A stretch of 64,000 nucleotides of DNA from Planctomycetota bacterium. Its GTDB lineage: Bacteria > Planctomycetota > SZUA-567 > H5-PLA8. The notes under the pieces were generated by a model. It was not told the DNA's origin. It worked only from the letters and a program-made list of their open reading frames with translations, and searched no databases. This document shows positions 1 to 13,450 of this stretch, piece by piece; the first letter of the stretch is position 1; every line of letters begins with the position of its first letter. A program made the position numbers and the translations under genes. Location: contig BTVV01000020.1 in the NCBI GenBank assembly GCA_045863855.1, positions 8,936 through 72,935 of the forward strand. The letters run 5' to 3'.

Positions 1-62
1 ACTTGCAGCAGCGCCGCGACAGGCGGCAGAATGAGGCAGAAGATAATTTTAACGATGATCAT
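1..62 (-). CDS. YqaE/Pmp3 (UPF0057) family small membrane protein, 5' part only (runs off the window edge)
   Basis: Manual translation from ATG at 62 gives MIIVKIIFCLILPPVAALLQV..., matching the Pmp3 N-terminal 'ilLPPlavfl' pattern. Not in the ORF track. Confidence 0.7.
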   Translation of the reverse strand, partial: MIIVKIIFCLILPPVAALLQ

Positions 63-98
63 GGCGTCGTTTTCCGGATCGACTTCGCCTACGGGATT

Positions 99-135
99 AA
101 AAAGAGGGGCAGAGGACGAATCCCTCTGCCCCTTC
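99..135 (-). terminator. Intrinsic terminator after the TM2 gene
   Basis: Minus strand GGGGCAGAGG(G)A-TTCG-TCCTCTGCCCC followed by TCTTTTT. Confidence 0.75.
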
Positions 136-178
136 TCCACCTTCACCATCCAGTGAATCGCCTGAATCGAGAGGGAAA

Positions 179-406
179 TTAGAACCAGTTCTTCCCGCCG
201 TCGATGTAGGTGCTGTCGAATTCTTCGTCGCTTTTGGTGAGGTAAATAATTCCCTCAATCAAACCGATGATTCCGCCTACCATGAATAATCCAAGTACAA
301 GCTGTATAACCCCAGGTACGGTCTTACCTAAGAAGAATTTGTGTACACCAAGCCACCCTAAAAGTATTGCCAGAATGCCCGCTGTGACACGCTTGCCCGA
401 AGCCAT
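179..406 (-). CDS. TM2 domain small membrane protein
   Basis: KRVTAGILAILLGWLGVHKFFLG...EGIIYL is the TM2 signature; GGAG RBS upstream. Confidence 0.85.
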   Translation of the reverse strand: MASGKRVTAGILAILLGWLGVHKFFLGKTVPGVIQLVLGLFMVGGIIGLIEGIIYLTKSDEEFDSTYIDGGKNWF

Positions 407-557
407 GATTGGACTCCTTCTCCCCGAAGGGATGAGTGTTTGAAGTAAATGAAGCGACCCGTGCTTCTAGAGCGGACTTCTCAAATCGCAAGCTAAACTT
501 GGGACCAATTTAGCTGCGCATTCCCCTACCCTGTTATGCCTTCGCACGGGAGGCGCC

Positions 558-591
558 AAAAGAAGAACGGCGGCTGCCGCCGCCGCTCTTC
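558..591 (-). terminator. Intrinsic terminator after the glucosidase gene
   Basis: Minus strand GAAGAGCGGCGGC-GGCA-GCCGCCGTTCTTC-TTTT. Confidence 0.75.
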
Positions 592-623
592 GAAAACCGC
601 TCGATCCTGCTCGCGTAATGCGC

Positions 624-3443
<2,820 letters not shown>

Positions 3444-3518
3444 GGTTCGGTCTCCCGTCTCGCATAGCGGGTCAACGGCCCGCCGCCCTCGATGGATCGA
3501 TCCCTTCGGCGCGCGCCA

Positions 3519-5504
3519 TTAGCCGGCGCGCGATCCGGCATTCGTTTCGTGCAAACGCCGCCACGCACGCAGTAGTTCGGCGACGCTCCAGGCCTGCGCG
3601 AAGCAGCCGCGCGGCGCGTGCGGCGCCTCGGCGTCGAAAATCTCCGAGACGCTGCCCAGCCCGTCCTGATCCAGATGCCCCAGCAGCGGATCGAGCAGCT
3701 TCTTGAGGTGTTCGACGTTCCGTGCGCCGGTCCCGTGGACGTTCAGGCAAGCGTCGATGTACGGCCCGATCAGCCAGCCCCAAACGGTGCCCTGATGATA
3801 GCTGCCGTCGCGCTGGAGCGGCCCGCCGCCGTAATGCGGGACGTAGGCGCGGTCGCGCGGTTCGAGGCTGCGCAGGCCCATGGGCGTGAGCAGTTCGCGC
3901 GTGACCACGTCGAGCACCGCGCGCTCCTGGTTCGAGTCGAGCAGGCGATGCGGCAACGAGAGCGCAAAGAGCTGATTGGGGCGCAGCGCGCCGTCAGGGC
4001 GGCCACCGTCCTCGAGCACGTCGTACAGACAACCGCGCTCGGCGTTCCAGAACTTGGCGAAGGCGGTTTTGACGCGGGCGGCGGCGGAATCGTAAGCGCG
4101 GGCCTTGGCCTGCTGCTTCAGGCGCTGCGCGAAATCGCGCATGTGGCAGAGCGCGTTGTACCAGAGCGCGTTGATCTCCACGGGCTTACCGATGCGCGGC
4201 GTGACCACCCAATCGCCGACCTTCGCGTCCATCCAGGTGAGCTGGACGCCGGCGTGGCCGCCGCGGAGCAGTCCGTCGTCGTCGACCTTGATGCCGTAGC
4301 GCGTGCCTTCTTCGTGAGCCGCGACCATGGCTTCCAGGACCGGGAACGTCTCTTTCAGGAAGGCCTCGTCGTTCGAGGCTTCGAAGTAGGCGTGGACCGC
4401 ATGGAAGTACCAGGGCGCCGCGTCGATGGTGTTGTATTCCGGCGCTTCGCTTTCGTCGGGGAAGCGATTGGGAATCATGCCCGCGTCGATATGCTGGGCA
4501 AAGGTCTTGAGGATCGCCCGCGCTTCGGGCAGGCGGCCGGTGGCGATGCACAGGCCCGGCAGCGCGATGAGCGTATCGCGCCCCCAGTCGCCGAACCACG
4601 GATACCCGGCAATGACGGTGCGGCCGCCCGCGCCGCGCTGGACGATGAACTGGTCTGCGGCCAAAAGCAGGCGCTGCGTGTGCGCGTCGGCTCCGGGAAT
4701 CGAATCGGCCAGCGCCGTGCGGCGCTTGCGTTCGGCCTGCGCCAAGCCCTCGGCGCGCGCGAACGGCACGGCCTCCAGCCCGGCCACGAAGCCCGTCCAG
4801 ATCCCGTCGCCGGCGGCCTGAAGCTTCAAGACGCCGGGGACGAACTGGTCTTCCTCGCTGTCCAAACCGCGGTCGCGCTCGATGCGATACTGGTAGCGCC
4901 GCCGCCATTCGGGCCGTGATTCGAACGCGTACGCAGCGGGATTCACGTACAGCGCCGGCATACCTTCGTAGGGGCGGAAGACCAGCCCCTCGCCCGCGCG
5001 CTCGGGCTCGCTCCGAATGTGATCGTGCGCATGGGCCAGCGCATGGTAATCGCGGTAGGCCAGACGAGGGGTAAGCTCGAAGCGCGCATCGGGTCCGCCG
5101 CCCCACTGCCGGTAGCGCACGACCACCGAGTCGGTTCCGTACGGCAGGAAGAGTTCGCGTTCGACGCGCACGCCGCCCACCTGCCAAACCCAGACCGGCC
5201 ACGGATCGAGCCTGAATTCGACCAGAAAACGGTGCCCGTCGGGGTGGATCACGCCGGGGAACTCGTGTGCGGCCATTGGAACGCGGCGGTCGGGCAGCAC
5301 CAGTTCGTCGTCGCAGCCGCTCAGGAGCGCGCGGCGCTGGACGGGGGGCTGGAGCGCGGGAATCAGCCAGCCGTGGTAGCGGCGCGTGAACGGCCCGGCC
5401 ACGGTGCCGGCGGCGAACCCGCCGCGGCCGTTGGTTTCGAGCCATTCCTTATTTAAGGCCGCCGCGTAATGGGCGCAGGTTTCCGGGCCGATTTTGAGCC
5501 ACAT
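3519..5504 (-). CDS. Glycogen debranching enzyme / amylo-alpha-1,6-glucosidase (GDE_N + GDE_C)
   Basis: EWLETNGRGGFA, IAGYPWFGDWGRD, LTWMDAK, YHQGTVW and QAWSVAE motifs; start placed at ATG 5504 (ORF track uses TTG 5540). Confidence 0.9.
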   Translation of the reverse strand: MWLKIGPETCAHYAAALNKEWLETNGRGGFAAGTVAGPFTRRYHGWLIPALQPPVQRRALLSGCDDELVLPDRRVPMAAHEFPGVIHPDGHRFLVEFRLDPWPVWVWQVGGVRVERELFLPYGTDSVVVRYRQWGGGPDARFELTPRLAYRDYHALAHAHDHIRSEPERAGEGLVFRPYEGMPALYVNPAAYAFESRPEWRRRYQYRIERDRGLDSEEDQFVPGVLKLQAAGDGIWTGFVAGLEAVPFARAEGLAQAERKRRTALADSIPGADAHTQRLLLAADQFIVQRGAGGRTVIAGYPWFGDWGRDTLIALPGLCIATGRLPEARAILKTFAQHIDAGMIPNRFPDESEAPEYNTIDAAPWYFHAVHAYFEASNDEAFLKETFPVLEAMVAAHEEGTRYGIKVDDDGLLRGGHAGVQLTWMDAKVGDWVVTPRIGKPVEINALWYNALCHMRDFAQRLKQQAKARAYDSAAARVKTAFAKFWNAERGCLYDVLEDGGRPDGALRPNQLFALSLPHRLLDSNQERAVLDVVTRELLTPMGLRSLEPRDRAYVPHYGGGPLQRDGSYHQGTVWGWLIGPYIDACLNVHGTGARNVEHLKKLLDPLLGHLDQDGLGSVSEIFDAEAPHAPRGCFAQAWSVAELLRAWRRLHETNAGSRAG

Positions 5505-5793
5505 GAGCCGGTTCGATGCTCCTGGAGGCTGCGGTTGCAACCGATATAGGCTCTACCAAGGCATTTTTTAAATCCAACCAGAGCCTACCGAGGCCTAGCG
5601 AGCATGCAACCGCACAACGTGTTAAATGCGTCTAAAGTTTTCTAGCTGGCCGAATTGTAAAAAGGAATCGGTGTAAAGCGCAAGGCTTGGTTAGATCCAT
5701 TGGCGAGCTGAGGACCTCAAGGTGCATAATTTTGGCGCGAGGTGACGGGTTGGCGCGAGGCGTTATGGGTCTTACGCCCGGAAGGATGAGCGC

Positions 5794-5822
5794 TTGCAAG
5801 GAGATACGGTGAGGAGTAGGAT
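5794..5822 (+). promoter_or_regulatory. Putative sigma70 promoter of the nusA-infB operon
   Basis: TTGCAA (5794-5799), 17-bp spacer, TAGGAT (5817-5822). Confidence 0.55.
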
Positions 5823-6017
5823 GCGTTTTGAGTGAGTAAGCGGCCTTTATGGCGCTTGCTATTTTGATCGCGTGCCGTCCCAAACTCATCAGCCTGTACA
5901 GGCCTCGGTGATGCACGGCTCGCGACCCGTCATGCGGCTGCGTGCTCGCCGTGTGCTCGGGCGGCGAGGTGCTGAGCCGTTGGATCGGCAGGCGCCCTAG
6001 GGAGGCGTAAAGCCAAG

Positions 6018-7313
6018 ATGGTTGTGGGTGCGGAGTTACTGCGGCTGATCGATTCGATTCACCGCGATAAGGGGATCAATAAAGAGATCCTCTTCGAGTC
6101 GATCGAGAATGCTTTGCTGACGGCCTCGCGCAAGCGCTGGGGTCCGCATGGCGATTTGACGGTGCGGATCAACCGGATCACGGGCGAACTCGAAGCATAC
6201 GAAGACGGCAAGCGCATCGACCCGGCGGAATTCGGCCGGATCAGCGCTCAGACGGCCAAGCAGATCATGATCCAGAAGATCCGCGAAGCCGAGCGCGACG
6301 TGATTTTCGACGATTACGAAAAGCGCATCGACAGCCTGGTGACGGGCACGGTGCAGCGCTTCGAGAAGGGCAACATCATCGCCAGCTTGGGCCGCGCCGA
6401 GGGCTTGGTGCCGAAGAGCGAGCAGATTTTCAGCGAGCAGTACCGGCCCGGCGACCGTATCCGCGCGTTCCTGGTCAAGGTTCAGAAGAAGGGCCAGAAG
6501 GTCATCATCATCCTGAGCCGCACGCATCCGAATCTGGTCAAGGAACTCTTCGGTCTGGAAGTTCCGGAGATCGGGGACCGCATCGTCGAGATCAAGGGCA
6601 TTGTGCGCGAGCCCGGCCACCGCACGAAGATCGCGGTGTACAGCAGCGACCCGAAGGTGGACGCGATCGGCGCGTGCGTAGGCGTTCGCGGAACGCGTAT
6701 CCGCAATATCGTCGAAGAGCTGGGCGGCGAGAAGATCGACATCGTGCGCTACAGCGACAGCCCGGACCTGTTCATCCGCAACGCGCTTTCGCCTGCCGAA
6801 ATCTCGGCGGTGGAGCTGGACCGCGAATCGCAGCACGCGCGGGTGATCGTCCCCGAGGACCAGCTCAGCCTGGCGATCGGCAAAAAAGGCCAGAACGTGC
6901 GCCTGACGGCGAAGCTGACGCACTGGCACATCGATATTATGACCGAAGAGCAGGCGCGTAAGCTGCGCGAACTCGAACGCGCCGAGATCTACAAGATCAC
7001 GTGCATCCCCGAGAACATCACCGAGAAGATGCTGCTGGGCGGGATCACGTCGCTGAAGCAGATCCTGGCTCGCACGGCCGATCACTTCCAGACGATTTAC
7101 GACTTGAGCCCGGAGCAGGCGGAAGCGCTGCTCGAGTACGCGGCTCAGCGCGACAAGGAAATGGAAGAAGAGCGCGCGAAGATTCAGCAGGCTCCGGCAC
7201 GCCGCCCCGCGGCGGCGGCGGCTCCGGCGGCGGCTCCCGCCGAAAGCGCTCCGGCGCCGGCCGATCAGGCTCAGACGGAAGCCGCCGCGCCTGGCGCGGG
7301 CGGCACAGCTTAA
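6018..7313 (+). CDS. nusA: Transcription termination/antitermination factor NusA
   Basis: FGRISAQTAKQ, S1 and KH domains (GACVGVRGTRI, SLAIGKKGQNVRL); GGGAGG RBS. Confidence 0.97.
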   Translation: MVVGAELLRLIDSIHRDKGINKEILFESIENALLTASRKRWGPHGDLTVRINRITGELEAYEDGKRIDPAEFGRISAQTAKQIMIQKIREAERDVIFDDYEKRIDSLVTGTVQRFEKGNIIASLGRAEGLVPKSEQIFSEQYRPGDRIRAFLVKVQKKGQKVIIILSRTHPNLVKELFGLEVPEIGDRIVEIKGIVREPGHRTKIAVYSSDPKVDAIGACVGVRGTRIRNIVEELGGEKIDIVRYSDSPDLFIRNALSPAEISAVELDRESQHARVIVPEDQLSLAIGKKGQNVRLTAKLTHWHIDIMTEEQARKLRELERAEIYKITCIPENITEKMLLGGITSLKQILARTADHFQTIYDLSPEQAEALLEYAAQRDKEMEEERAKIQQAPARRPAAAAAPAAAPAESAPAPADQAQTEAAAPGAGGTA

Positions 7314-7528
7314 CGATGTGGTGCGTGGAGAGTCCCATGTTGGAAGTGACCACGCCGCATGAATGCGAGCCGGCTCAGTGAGCCGGCCGTGCTTATCGAT
7401 CCGCAGGACCTGACGCCTTCCGGCTCGCTGACCGGTGGGCGCAAGCCCGCGGTTGGCCAGTGTGCAGCAACCAGGACCCGTTCGGGCGCATTGGGCCCGC
7501 CGGACTCCTCAAGCTCGGAAGGAAGCGT

Positions 7529-10273
7529 ATGGCGAAGGCGACGGTCAAACCGGTTCCCACCGGCATTCGGGTCAGCCAGTTAGCCAAGGAGATCGGCCTT
7601 CCCAGCAAGGCCCTGATCGAGAAGGCTGCCGAGCTGAAAATCGAGGTGAAGAACGCCAGCGCCACGCTGACCCGTGGCCAGGCCGACCGCCTCCGCGCCA
7701 AATTCGGCAACAGCGAAGATCTCCGCGCCGCGCTCGAGAAGAAGAAGAAAGCGGCCAAGCAGAAGATTACCGAGGCCGAAGAAGCCGCCAGCACGGACAC
7801 CGAGGAATCCGCCGAAGAGGAAACGGTGGCCGAGGCCGCGCTCGAAGATGCGGCCGCGCCCGCAGTGGAGGCGCCCGCGGCTCCCGCCGAGACGTTCGCG
7901 GAAGCTCCGGCGTCCGAAGCGCCTGCCGCGGCGGTGGAGGAAACTCCGGCGCCCGAGGCTCCGGCCGCTCTCGTGGAAGCGCCCGCCGCCGAACCCGCTG
8001 CTCCCGTGGAAGCTCCCATCGCGGAAGAGGCCCCCGCCGAAGCTCCCGTACCGGACGCGCGACCTAAAGAAGTTCGTTTCATCCAGGCCGGCCCTGCGAT
8101 CGCGCAGCCGATCCGCCAGCAGGCCGAACCGACCCAGGCGGGCGATACGCGCTTCGGCGTGGTGCTGAGCGCCGACAAAGCGCGAGAGATTCACGGCGAC
8201 GTGAACACGGTTCGCGACAAACGCGGACGCACCACGGCCGTGGAATCGAAGGTGGTGGAGGACTTCAAGCCGGTCGTGAGCTACCCGAAGGTAGCGGAGT
8301 TGGCAGTGGAGGAAGAGGCGCGCCGGGTGGGCGGCGTGCCTGGGCGCGCGCGCCGTCCAATGACGCGCGGGGCTTCCGGGCGCGGCGGACGCCGGCACGG
8401 CGCGGCGCTTCTGCGCGACGACGACCGCTTCCGCGGAAAGCGCAAGCAGCCGCGCAAGGTTCAAGCCAAGCCCACGATCGTACGCACGGGCCCGGCCGAA
8501 GTCACCAGCCCGGTCACGATCAAAGGCCTGTGCGAAGCGCTGGGCATCAAGTCGACGGTGCTGATTCAGAAGTTTTTCCAAGAAGGCAAGATGGTGCGCA
8601 TCAACGGCATCCTGACGGATGTGGATGCGGAAATCTACGCGGGGGAGTTCGATCCGCTGGGCTTCGGGATCAAGATCAAGAAGGCCCGCGACGTCGAAGA
8701 AGAGATGCTCAGCGGCGTGGACCAGGCCGACAATCCCGAAGACCTGCAGCCTCGGGCGCCGGTGGTCACGATCATGGGCCACGTCGACCACGGCAAGACC
8801 TCGCTGCTGGATTACATCCGTAAGGCGAAGGTCGCTTCGGGCGAAGCCGGCGGGATCACGCAGCATATCGGGGCGTACCGGATTTCGACGCCGCGCGGGG
8901 ACATCGCGTTCCTCGATACGCCAGGGCACCGCGCGTTCACCGAGATGCGCGCGCGCGGAGCCAACGTGACGGACATCGTGGTGCTGGTGGTCGCGGCCAA
9001 CGACGGCGTGATGCCGCAGACGGTGGAAGCGATCTCGCACACGAAGGCCGCCGGCAAGTCGATCATCGTGGCGATGAACAAGATGGACCTGAAGGAAGCG
9101 AATCCGGAGCGCGTGAAGGGCGAACTGGCCGCCAAGGAAGTGATCGTCGAAGACTACGGCGGGTCGGTGGGCTGCATCCCGGTTTCGGCGCTGACCGGAC
9201 AGGGTGTCGATGCGCTGCTGGAGCGCATTCTGCTCGAAGCCGAATTGATGGAGCTGAAAGCGAATCCGAACAAGCACGCGGTCGGCACGGTGATCGAAGC
9301 GCACAAGGACCAGGGCCGCGGGATCGTGGTCACGGTGCTGGTGCAGGAAGGCACGCTTTTGCCCGGCGACGTACTCGTGGCGGGCCATGCCTACGGTTCG
9401 GTGCGGCAGATCCTGGACAGCTCGGGCAAGGAGCTGGAGGAAGCCGGGCCGTCCCAGCCGGTCCAGATTACGGGGCTGAACGACGTGCCGTTGGCGGGCG
9501 AACGCTTCCACGTGATCGATGAGATCAAGGTGGCGGCGGAAGTGGCCGAACTGCGCGCGATGGCGATCCGGCAGGAGGGCCTGAGCGCGCGGCAGCACGT
9601 GACGCTCGAGAACCTGCACGACTTGATCAAGCAAGGCGAAGCGAACAGCCTGAAGCTGATCGTGAAGGTGGACGTAATGGGCTCGCTGAACCCGGTGATC
9701 AACGCGGTGAACGAGCTGTCCACCGATGAGGTCAAGGTGGAAGTAATTCACGCGGCGGTAGGCGCGATCAACGAGATGGACGTAAAGCTGGCCGACGCTT
9801 CGGACGCGATCGCGGTTGGCTTCAACGTAACGGCCGACCCCGGGGCGCGGCGCCTGTCCGAAGAGCGCGGCGTGGAAATCCGCACCTACCGGGTGATCTA
9901 CGAACTGGTGGACGAGTGCCGCAAGGCGCTGGAAGGCCTGCTCAGGCCTTTGGAAAAAGAGAGCATCACCGGCCATCTGGAAGTGCGTCAGATGTTCAAG
10001 ATCTCGCGCTTCGGAACGATCGCCGGCTGCTTCGTGCTGGACGGCACGATCAACCGCAACAGCTCGGTGCGGCTGATCCGCGACGGTAAGCCGGTCTGGC
10101 AAGGGCGGCTCTCGAGCTTGCGGCGCGTGAAGGACGACGTGCGCGAAGTTCGTGAAGGCTTCGAATGCGGCGTCAAGCTGGATGGTTTCGACGACCTGAA
10201 GGACCGGGACATCATCGAGGTCTATACGGTCGAAAAGGTGGCGCGCACGCTGGAAGGTTCGGCGCCGCGCTAA
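7529..10273 (+). CDS. infB: Translation initiation factor IF-2
   Basis: [30 protein letters not shown] and NKMD GTPase motifs; long acidic Ala/Pro-rich N-terminus; start at ATG 7529. Confidence 0.97.
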   Translation: MAKATVKPVPTGIRVSQLAKEIGLPSKALIEKAAELKIEVKNASATLTRGQADRLRAKFGNSEDLRAALEKKKKAAKQKITEAEEAASTDTEESAEEETVAEAALEDAAAPAVEAPAAPAETFAEAPASEAPAAAVEETPAPEAPAALVEAPAAEPAAPVEAPIAEEAPAEAPVPDARPKEVRFIQAGPAIAQPIRQQAEPTQAGDTRFGVVLSADKAREIHGDVNTVRDKRGRTTAVESKVVEDFKPVVSYPKVAELAVEEEARRVGGVPGRARRPMTRGASGRGGRRHGAALLRDDDRFRGKRKQPRKVQAKPTIVRTGPAEVTSPVTIKGLCEALGIKSTVLIQKFFQEGKMVRINGILTDVDAEIYAGEFDPLGFGIKIKKARDVEEEMLSGVDQADNPEDLQPRAPVVTIMGHVDHGKTSLLDYIRKAKVASGEAGGITQHIGAYRISTPRGDIAFLDTPGHRAFTEMRARGANVTDIVVLVVAANDGVMPQTVEAISHTKAAGKSIIVAMNKMDLKEANPERVKGELAAKEVIVEDYGGSVGCIPVSALTGQGVDALLERILLEAELMELKANPNKHAVGTVIEAHKDQGRGIVVTVLVQEGTLLPGDVLVAGHAYGSVRQILDSSGKELEEAGPSQPVQITGLNDVPLAGERFHVIDEIKVAAEVAELRAMAIRQEGLSARQHVTLENLHDLIKQGEANSLKLIVKVDVMGSLNPVINAVNELSTDEVKVEVIHAAVGAINEMDVKLADASDAIAVGFNVTADPGARRLSEERGVEIRTYRVIYELVDECRKALEGLLRPLEKESITGHLEVRQMFKISRFGTIAGCFVLDGTINRNSSVRLIRDGKPVWQGRLSSLRRVKDDVREVREGFECGVKLDGFDDLKDRDIIEVYTVEKVARTLEGSAPR

Positions 10274-10283
10274 GCGCGTATTC

Positions 10284-10682
10284 ATGAGCGGCCCGCGCGA
10301 CATGTGGGTGGCGGTGCTGCGCCTGGAGATCCACGTGCCGGGCGCGCGCAGCCGCAAGGACCGCCGGCAGGTGGTCAAGAGCCTCAAAGAGCGGCTGCGC
10401 GGGAAGTTCGGCATCGCCTGCAACGAGGTCGGCGATCTGGACACGTGGACGCGCGCCACGCTGGGCGCCGCGGCCATCGCCGGCAGCGAACGCGAAGCCG
10501 CGCAATTCGCCGACGAGATCGTGCGCTACGCTCAAAACGACCCCGAAGGCGTGCTGGCGCACGTGGACCGCGATATCTTCCGCTACGACGGACCAGACGA
10601 AGACGAAAACGATGACGAAGACGGTTATCGGGAAGCGGACGAGCCGGACGAAGCAGCCGCCGATTCCGGCGAACCCCGCTGA
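10284..10682 (+). CDS. DUF503 (YlxP-like) protein with acidic tail
   Basis: LRLEIHVPGARSRKDRRQVVKSLKERLR pattern; conserved position between infB and rbfA. Confidence 0.85.
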   Translation: MSGPRDMWVAVLRLEIHVPGARSRKDRRQVVKSLKERLRGKFGIACNEVGDLDTWTRATLGAAAIAGSEREAAQFADEIVRYAQNDPEGVLAHVDRDIFRYDGPDEDENDDEDGYREADEPDEAAADSGEPR

Positions 10683-10790
10683 TACCCTCCGCACCGGGAG
10701 CGCTCTGAAGGCCTATGCGCTCGTTGGCGAAAACACGGCCCAGGTGCTAGATTGTTGCGCCGATGGCCGAGCGGCCTTTTAGGAAATCCC

Positions 10791-11219
10791 ATGAGCGTCC
10801 GGTTGGAACGATTGAAAGAAGTCATCCGCGAGCGCGCGTCGGAGCTGATCCTCTACGAGCTGAACGACCCGCGGCTGGGTTTCTGTACGGTCACCAAGGT
10901 CGATCTGACCAGCGATCTGTCGCAGGCGGTGATTCACGTTTCGGTGCTGGGCGACGAGACGCAGAAGCGCACGACGCTGCGCGGGCTGAAGGCCGGCCGC
11001 GGGCTGATCCAAAGCGAGATCGCGAAGGTGCTGAGGACGCGCACCACGCCGCACGTGGAGATCGAGTTGGACGAATCGATCGAACGCTCGTTTCGGCTGC
11101 AGGAGAAGATCAGAGCCGCGCGGGCATCGGACCCCGACGGGGGCGTTTCAAGCGACGGGGCACAAGCCACGGCTACCGAAATTCCGGACGAACCGGACGG
11201 CGACGAGGAGGACGCGTAA
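10791..11219 (+). CDS. rbfA: Ribosome-binding factor A
   Basis: ELNDPRLGFCTVTKVDLTSDL...LRTRTTPHVEIELDESIE; operon context. Confidence 0.93.
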   Translation: MSVRLERLKEVIRERASELILYELNDPRLGFCTVTKVDLTSDLSQAVIHVSVLGDETQKRTTLRGLKAGRGLIQSEIAKVLRTRTTPHVEIELDESIERSFRLQEKIRAARASDPDGGVSSDGAQATATEIPDEPDGDEEDA

Positions 11220-11221
11220 AC

Positions 11222-11542
11222 ATGCGGACCATCATGATGCGCGCCGCGCGCGCCGCTGGATTGTGTGCGTGCCTGCTGGGTCCGTTGGCCGTGCCGCTGG
11301 CGCTGGGCGGATGCAAGAAACCCAATGTCCCGAGCCTGACTGGACCGGGCCGGTTGAAAGATATTACCGAGGTACGGCGCGGGATGTCGCCCAACGAAGT
11401 GCGGCGCATCATGGGCCACGACTACAAGCTGGTGATGGAAGAAGGCATGCAGGGCATGGATATGGGCATCTACGTTTGGGAATACCCGGAAGGCCGAGTG
11501 TATTTTAACTACGAAGGCGCGTTTAAGGTCGAGCCGTTCTAA
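11222..11542 (+). CDS. Small lipoprotein, SmpA/OmlA(BamE)-like domain
   Basis: Signal peptide with lipobox LGGC; VRRGMSPNEVRRIMG...WEY pattern; true start lies inside ORF 10763..11542. Confidence 0.6.
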   Translation: MRTIMMRAARAAGLCACLLGPLAVPLALGGCKKPNVPSLTGPGRLKDITEVRRGMSPNEVRRIMGHDYKLVMEEGMQGMDMGIYVWEYPEGRVYFNYEGAFKVEPF

Positions 11543-11596
11543 CACGCGATAGCACCCTCCACGGACCCACCGGCCGTGGCCTGAGAGGCTGCCCTT

Positions 11597-13417
11597 ATGT
11601 CTCGCACCCGAATCGAAGAATCCCTGTTTTCGCGCCTGGAACGCGTGAACGGCAAGCCCGCAATGCCCTGCGGCACGATCTTGATCGAGCGTAAGCTCGA
11701 CGACCGTCCCTCGGGCTCGGTCTTTCTGGCGCAGCACCTGGGACTGGACCGCCCGGTAATTCTGCGCGTGATGCACCCGGAGGTTACCGCGCGAGTCTCC
11801 GACAACGAGGCGCTACGGGCGTGGGCGCAGCGGCTCGCGCGAGTGCGCCACGAAAACGTGGGCACCATTTACGATCTGGGCAAGCACCACGACCACTCGT
11901 ACCTGATCCTCGAATACGTGCTCGGGGTGCCGATGACCGAAAGGATCAAGGTCCGTCCGTACACCCCGGCGGAGGCGCTGATGCTGCTGACGCCGATCGC
12001 CAACGGTCTGGCGGCGTACTGGCGCGAAGGCGTGCTGCATCGCGGGATGAGCCCGCAGCGCGTGAGCATCACGGCGGAAGGGCGGCCGATGCTGGACCTG
12101 GTGGTGCTGCCGCCGCGCACCACCGATTCGTTCATGATGAACCTCCACGCGCCGTTCATGGCCGGCTACTGGGCGCCCGAAGAAATGGCGCTCGTACCCG
12201 ACCCCGATCCACGCGCGGACATGTTCAGCTTCGGCGCATGCCTGTTCTACGCCCTGTCCGGCGAATCGCCGTACGGCAAGGGCACGACCGAAGCCTTGCT
12301 GGAGCGGATGCGCACGCAACCGCCGGCCGATGTGAAGCAGAAGCTACCCGACTTACCCGCCGCCCTGCGCGAATTCCTGAGTACGTGCCTCCAGACGAAG
12401 CGCGAAGCGCGCTACGCAACGCCCAGGGATTTCCTGGATGCGCTTCAGGGAGCCGAAGATTGCCTCGAATGCGGCGAACTGCCTCAGGCAACCGGCCGCA
12501 TGCGCGCGGCTTTTGCCCGAGCGGCCGGCGCACGGACCGCCTACGCCGAAGGCGAGACGCTGGGCAACTGCAGCCTCATCAGCAGACTGGGCGCAGGCGC
12601 GTTCGGGATCGTGTACTTGGCGCGGCACCGCGTGCTGGATATCGAGGTCGCGGTGAAGCTGTTGCCGCTCGACATCGCCGAAAAAGACCCGCTGTACATC
12701 GACCTGTTCCTGCGCGAAGCGCGCACCGCGGCGCGGGTTCGGCATCCCAACGTGATCGCGATCTTCGAAGCCGGTGAACAGGAAGGGCAGTACTACCTCG
12801 TGATGGAGTACGCGCCGGGAGGGTCGCTTTTTCAATTGCTGCAGGAACGCGGCGGCAAATTGCGCCCCGCCGAAGCGCTGCCGATCCTGCGCGACGCCGC
12901 GCGCGGGCTGGCGGCCGCCGAACGGCTGAACATCATCCACCGCGATATCAAACCCGATAACCTGATCTTCGGTGCGGGCGGGACGCTGAAGATCGCCGAT
13001 TTGGGCCTGGCCAAGCGCATCCCGCACGGCGACTCCAGCGCCTCGCTGCTCGAGGAACTGCGGCGCGACCAGCTTACGATCAAGGCCGGTCAATCGAGCC
13101 AGATCGTGGGCACGCCGGCGTACATGGCGCCCGAATTGGCCATGCGACCGCAGGAAGCCGACACGCGCGCCGACCAGTACGCGCTGGGCTGCACGGCTTA
13201 CGAAATGCTGGCGGGCATGCAGCCGCTGGTGGGCGAGAACAGCTTCGTGACGATCATGAAGCAGATCCACAACGAGCCGACGCCGCTGCGGTCCATCTCG
13301 CCCGAGGTTCCGACCGAACTGGCCGCCATCGTCGAGAAGATGATGAAGAAAGATCCCAACGACCGCTTCGCGCGCGCTTCGGACCTCGTGTCGGCGCTGG
13401 AAAACCTCGCGCTGTAA
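11597..13417 (+). CDS. Tandem pseudokinase + Ser/Thr protein kinase (Hanks type)
   Basis: C-terminal domain has GAGAFG, VAVK, HRDIKPDN, DLG, GTPAYMAPE; N-terminal kinase-fold domain has degenerate catalytic motifs. Confidence 0.88.
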   Translation: MSRTRIEESLFSRLERVNGKPAMPCGTILIERKLDDRPSGSVFLAQHLGLDRPVILRVMHPEVTARVSDNEALRAWAQRLARVRHENVGTIYDLGKHHDHSYLILEYVLGVPMTERIKVRPYTPAEALMLLTPIANGLAAYWREGVLHRGMSPQRVSITAEGRPMLDLVVLPPRTTDSFMMNLHAPFMAGYWAPEEMALVPDPDPRADMFSFGACLFYALSGESPYGKGTTEALLERMRTQPPADVKQKLPDLPAALREFLSTCLQTKREARYATPRDFLDALQGAEDCLECGELPQATGRMRAAFARAAGARTAYAEGETLGNCSLISRLGAGAFGIVYLARHRVLDIEVAVKLLPLDIAEKDPLYIDLFLREARTAARVRHPNVIAIFEAGEQEGQYYLVMEYAPGGSLFQLLQERGGKLRPAEALPILRDAARGLAAAERLNIIHRDIKPDNLIFGAGGTLKIADLGLAKRIPHGDSSASLLEELRRDQLTIKAGQSSQIVGTPAYMAPELAMRPQEADTRADQYALGCTAYEMLAGMQPLVGENSFVTIMKQIHNEPTPLRSISPEVPTELAAIVEKMMKKDPNDRFARASDLVSALENLAL

Positions 13418-13450
13418 ACCGAGGCGATGCCGCACGGCGTTTATTTCACG

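Noticed and set aside
5632..5916. 94-aa ORF in the nusA upstream region
   Set aside because: No motif or RBS, and it overlaps the predicted promoter.
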